The translations under genes were made by a program, and so were the position numbers. Positions 63,811 through 64,000 of a stretch of DNA of 64,000 nucleotides are shown piece by piece. The first letter of the stretch is position 1; the number at the start of each line of letters is the position of its first letter. Origin of the DNA: a virus; IMG/VR virus record IMGVR_UViG_3300047095_000811, positions 32,001 through 96,000 of that record. The stretch is one strand, 5' to 3'. Below the pieces are notes generated by a model, which was given only the letters and a program-made list of their open reading frames with translations, made no database searches and was not told the origin of the DNA.

Positions 63811-63860
63811 TGTGGGTAATGGTCGAAATGACCATTACCCACATCACATTTTTCATTTTT
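63811..63860 (+). terminator. Intrinsic terminator
   Basis: TGTGGGTAATGGTC...GACCATTACCCACA followed by T tracts. Confidence 0.8.
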
Positions 63861-63904
63861 AGTACTCCTGACTGCCACAACTCAGTGATAGAAAGGAGTC
63901 CACG

Positions 63905-64000
63905 ATGAACAGAAACAACATGCTCAAGGCGATGATGCTGACCGCGCTAGTGGTCAGAAGAAACCAAGCAGAGGACGATCTCTGCCAAGCAGTCGCCGGT
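63905..64000 (+). CDS. Hypothetical protein, partial
   Basis: SD AAGGAG then MNRNNMLKAMMLTALVV...; open to the window end; AACT-N6-TA variant at 63879. Confidence 0.55.
   Translation, partial: MNRNNMLKAMMLTALVVRRNQAEDDLCQAVAG

Noticed and set aside
1-64000. Stop-codon reassignment, introns or inteins explaining the split RNAP and DNA polymerase genes
   Set aside because: Genes tile densely under the standard code with all three stops used. The fragments are distant, have their own SDs and promoters, and show no splicing or homing-endonuclease signatures.
1-64000. Phage nucleus (chimallin) or PhuZ tubulin genes
   Set aside because: No recognisable motif in this window; cannot be excluded for the rest of the genome.

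Overview
This is a 64 kb segment of a jumbo myovirus with two split multisubunit RNA polymerases, most like the AR9/PBS1/phiR1-37 lineage but relatively GC-rich (roughly mid-50s % by eye). All assignments come from motif recognition; no database searches were run. Virion and packaging genes: T4-like major capsid, portal, terminase large subunit, tail sheath, two tail-tube paralogues, baseplate wedge and an M15-peptidase tail/hub protein. Transcription and replication genes: five RNAP beta/beta' fragments, a family-B DNA polymerase split into two genes on opposite strands, an SF2 helicase and two HU-like proteins. Other enzymes: a GH24 lysozyme and nucleotide-pool enzymes (dCMP deaminase, HAD nucleotidase, guanylate-kinase-like protein, divergent HAM1 pyrophosphatase). 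The intergenic DNA carries a readable regulatory code. There are 19 exact AACA-N6-TA sites (the AR9 late-promoter consensus), an ATATAT(A/T/C)AT early-type motif, and terminator hairpins that share a CCAT/ATGG helix. The most novel signal is two late promoters that fire into apparently non-coding, structured intervals next to the major capsid gene (about 250 nt) and the portal gene (about 130 nt). These are candidate phage non-coding RNAs. The promoter type and enzyme set also suggest, but do not prove, uracil-containing DNA. No tRNA, rRNA, CRISPR array, intron or IS element was recognised.
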